This document shows, piece by piece, positions 60,838 through 64,000 of a stretch of 64,000 bases of DNA. A program made the translations under genes and the position numbers. This stretch comes from the human T2T-CHM13v2.0 reference genome, Homo sapiens. The stretch lies in the NCBI RefSeq assembly GCF_009914755.1, contig NC_060947.1. One strand, written 5' to 3'. A model generated the notes under the pieces. That model was not told the origin of the DNA. It made no database searches and was given only the letters and a program-made list of their open reading frames with translations. The stretch's first letter is position 1. Each line of letters starts with the position of its first letter.

Positions 60838-61250
60838 AGACTCTCAAACATCTTGCTTTAAAAAACAACCCAGGAACTTTTAAAAATAAAGTCAAATACC
60901 TCATGTTCTCACTTATAAGTGAGATCTCAAAAAGAATGTGCAATGATAAACATTGGAGAATTGGAAGGGGGAGGGTGGAAGGGAGGTAGATGATGAGAAA
61001 TTACTTAATGGGTACAATGTACCTTATTTGGGTGATGGATACACTAAAAGCCAAGACTTCACCACTACCCAATATATTCATGTAACAAAAATGCACTTGT
61101 ACCCCTTAAATTTGTTATTTACCTGGATCTCATCCCAGAGCCATCAAGTCAAAATTCCTGGGGTGGGGAGTGATCCAGGACTCAGGCACTGGATTTTGTT
61201 TTTAAAGTTCCCTAGGTGATTTTAATGTGCAGTCAAGGTTGAGAGCCACT
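60838..61250 (+). mobile_element. MER5A-like MITE interrupted by an L1PB4-type 3' fragment (~60888-61112)
   Basis: MER5 right part ttccctaggtgattttaatgtgcagtcaaggttgagagccact; L1 text gagaaattacttaatgggtacaatgta...cacttgtaccc. Confidence 0.7.
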
Positions 61251-63003
61251 ATCTTAGAGCCTTTGAGAGTTTAGGCAAGCAGACATCACCTCGTATACTC
61301 TTCCCAATGAGCAAAGTAAAAATGGGAAACTAAAGGCTGCCTTTATTAGATTTTTTGCAAAGACTGATCAATTCCTCCTTGCCAAATGCATTGTATCCCA
61401 CAATGAAAACACTGTAATAGATGCTCACTTATTGATTGAGAACAAGAGTCCTCTGGTGTTTTCACCTTTATCTTTTGGACACCATATTATAGCTTATTTA
61501 TAGACATCCAATCCTCAATCACACCTGCACTAGAGATGTTCATTCAGTATATGCTTCAGCATCCATCCCATGACCCTGGAACCTGGACTATAATAATTAG
61601 CAACCTGGTGACAAGGCAAGTTACAAGGCATTCCTGGCACCTGCTGAATCTGGAAATATCCATAATATTACCCATTTGAGCTGCTGGTTGTGCTGCCTTT
61701 GCTGGGTCTTGATGAGCTATGTTAAAAAGTCTCTGTTTGATACTTTCTTGCAAATTCAAACAGATGCTTCCCATCTTATGACTCAATGATGCATAATGCA
61801 AACCTAAAGCAGTAAAATTGAGGGCACTTAAGTTTTTAATCAAATTAGAAGTCCATGACTTGACTTCTGTGGCACTAGCACTAAAGGTGGCAAATAGAAC
61901 CTTGGCTCAGAGGATTTTAATCTCAGTCTTGACAGAGAGGAGCCTACCTATTTTCCTTGAGAAGCATTTTGCCTTCATTGCCTCTTTAATTCTTTTGAGA
62001 TCATAAATGTGATTGCTCACTGGTGATGTGTTGTGCTGATAGATGCACTTGCCCATTAAGTTTGACCCTAGACTATCATCAAATTTCCCATAGTGCATCT
62101 AGCAAGTTTCATTACTGACTTGGGTCAGATTGAAATTATCAGGCTAAAGCTAAAGTCCCTTGACCCAGTTCATTCCTCCTTGCTATCATTCTGTAAGGGA
62201 TTTCATTTTTTTCCTTACAGAATTTTGCTGCAGAATCTGAGAAGGTTAGGAAAACAGGATATTCAGATGAAAGGAAGATAATGATAATTGGATCTCTACC
62301 CCACCCCATCTCACCCCCAAACTAATCAATTTTTATATTGCCAACTGTGTCAATTCTTATATTTATAATAAATTTTCAGAAACACAAAATGGTTGCATGA
62401 TCTTCTGTGAAACTAGTACTAAGTGGGTGATACTTTCTTAACGGATGCATAAGCCTCTGACAGAATGATTCTGTGAGGATCACAGACAACAACCAGCACC
62501 CCTTCACTGCCAGCAGATGGCTCAAGTGAAAAAAGAGTTGCACCCAAAAGGCCATGTTGTGTGTGGTGCAACTAGCAAAGTCCCTAATCACCACCCATTA
62601 CGACTTAAGAAGTAAAAGTATTATATAACTGAGGATATCCAGTTAATAAATATTTCTTTATTACCTACTATGTACAACTCACGGAATATCCATGCAATCT
62701 ATGCCCGAGGTATATTAAAGTACAGGAAGAAATAACCTAGTCATTATTCAAATTTATCTACAAGTATAATTTCCCACAGTTTTCTTATTCTTTACCAAAA
62801 ACAAAATATAGAAAGAGTTTTGCTATAATCATCACTATCTGAGTCAGCCTTATCCCAGCATCTATGTGCTGTTGATAGTAACAGTCCACTGCCACATAGA
62901 TGCTGAAGATACCCACAAGGATTTGAATTCCATGTGAGGAATAAATAATGAAGAACCTAATGGAGCATACACTCATCTCTAATTAAATGATCTCTTTAGT
63001 CAT

Positions 63004-63882
63004 TATATTAGTCAGGGTTCTCCAGAGAAACAGAACCAATAGTATGTGTGTGTATGTGTATCTGTGTATATGTGTGTGTATATATGTATATATTAAATAT
63101 GTTATATCTGCGTATATGTGTATATAACATATATGTATATACACATATACACACATATGCAGATATAACATATTTAATATATGTATATATAACCATGAAT
63201 ATAATGATATAAAATATTTAATATATGTACACAAATATATTAATATAAAATATTTAATATATGCATATGTAAAATATACTTAAAATATTTAATATATGTA
63301 TATATATCCTTAAAGAAATTTATTACAAGGATCATCTCATAAAATTATGGAGGCCATAAAATATTATAGATATAAAATATTTAATAAATATTAAAACATT
63401 TATAAAATATCTAATATATAAAATATTTAATATATGTGTATATATATCCATAAAGAAATTTATTACAAGGATTGGATCATAAAATTATGGAAGCTGAGAA
63501 GACCCAAGATCTGCAGTTAGACCCAGGAGAGCCTATGGTGCACTTCTAGTCTGAAAGCTGCCAGGCTCAAGATCCAGGAAGAGCCAACATTTAAGTTCAA
63601 GTCTAAAGGCAGAAAAAGACCAGTGTTCCAGGTCAAAATCAGTCAGGCATAAGAAGCGCCTTCTTATTCGTGGGAGGTTCAGCCTTTTTGCTCTACTCAG
63701 ACCTTCAACTAATTGGATGATACCCACTCATACTAGGGAGGGCAATCTGCTTTACTCAGCCTACCAGTGCAAATGTTCATCTCATCTAAAAACACCCTCA
63801 CAAACACACCCAGAAGAACATTTGACCAACTATCTTGGCACTCTGTTCCAGGTCAAGTTGACACATAAAATTAACTATCACA
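63004..63882 (-). mobile_element. MLT2B-type solo LTR with a large AT-rich expansion
   Basis: attagtcagggttctccagagaaacagaaccaatag...caagttgacacataaaattaactatcaca. Confidence 0.88.
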
Positions 63883-64000
63883 CTAATGAAAGACTTTGGT
63901 CGAAAGTCTTTTTTGAGTCTATGACTCAAAGCTGGAAGTCTAGGTGTGGAAAAATCTAATAATTTTATATCAATTATTATAAAAGCTACATTAAATATTA

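Overview
AT-rich, CpG-poor primate (human-like) intergenic or intronic DNA, roughly half recognisable transposon relics. I can support no host protein-coding gene, rRNA, tRNA or CRISPR array. Clear elements: a full-length THE1 (MaLR) provirus, two MSTA-like MaLRs, a full-length but mutated L1PA3/4-type LINE-1 with TSDs (37067-43237, with ORF0/ORF1/ORF2 remnants), several older L1s, seven Alus, MIR/L2/CR1 fragments, hAT MITEs (MER1A, MER5, MER81), MLT/LTR33-type solo LTRs and microsatellites. Most interesting: (i) a ~2 kb minus-strand relic (~23165-25150) with colinear motifs of a fish/amphibian-type L1/Tx1 ORF2, unlike mammalian L1; (ii) a CR1/L3 RT scaffold split by nested insertions (~14.4-20.6 kb); (iii) a 70-bp TPRT insertion that looks like an orphan 3' transduction; (iv) canonical minus-strand splice-site pairs, one of which would fuse in frame to L1 ORF0; (v) an unexplained 131-bp dispersed duplication. 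Subfamily names come from remembered consensus features, not a database search. Boundaries of old repeats are approximate.
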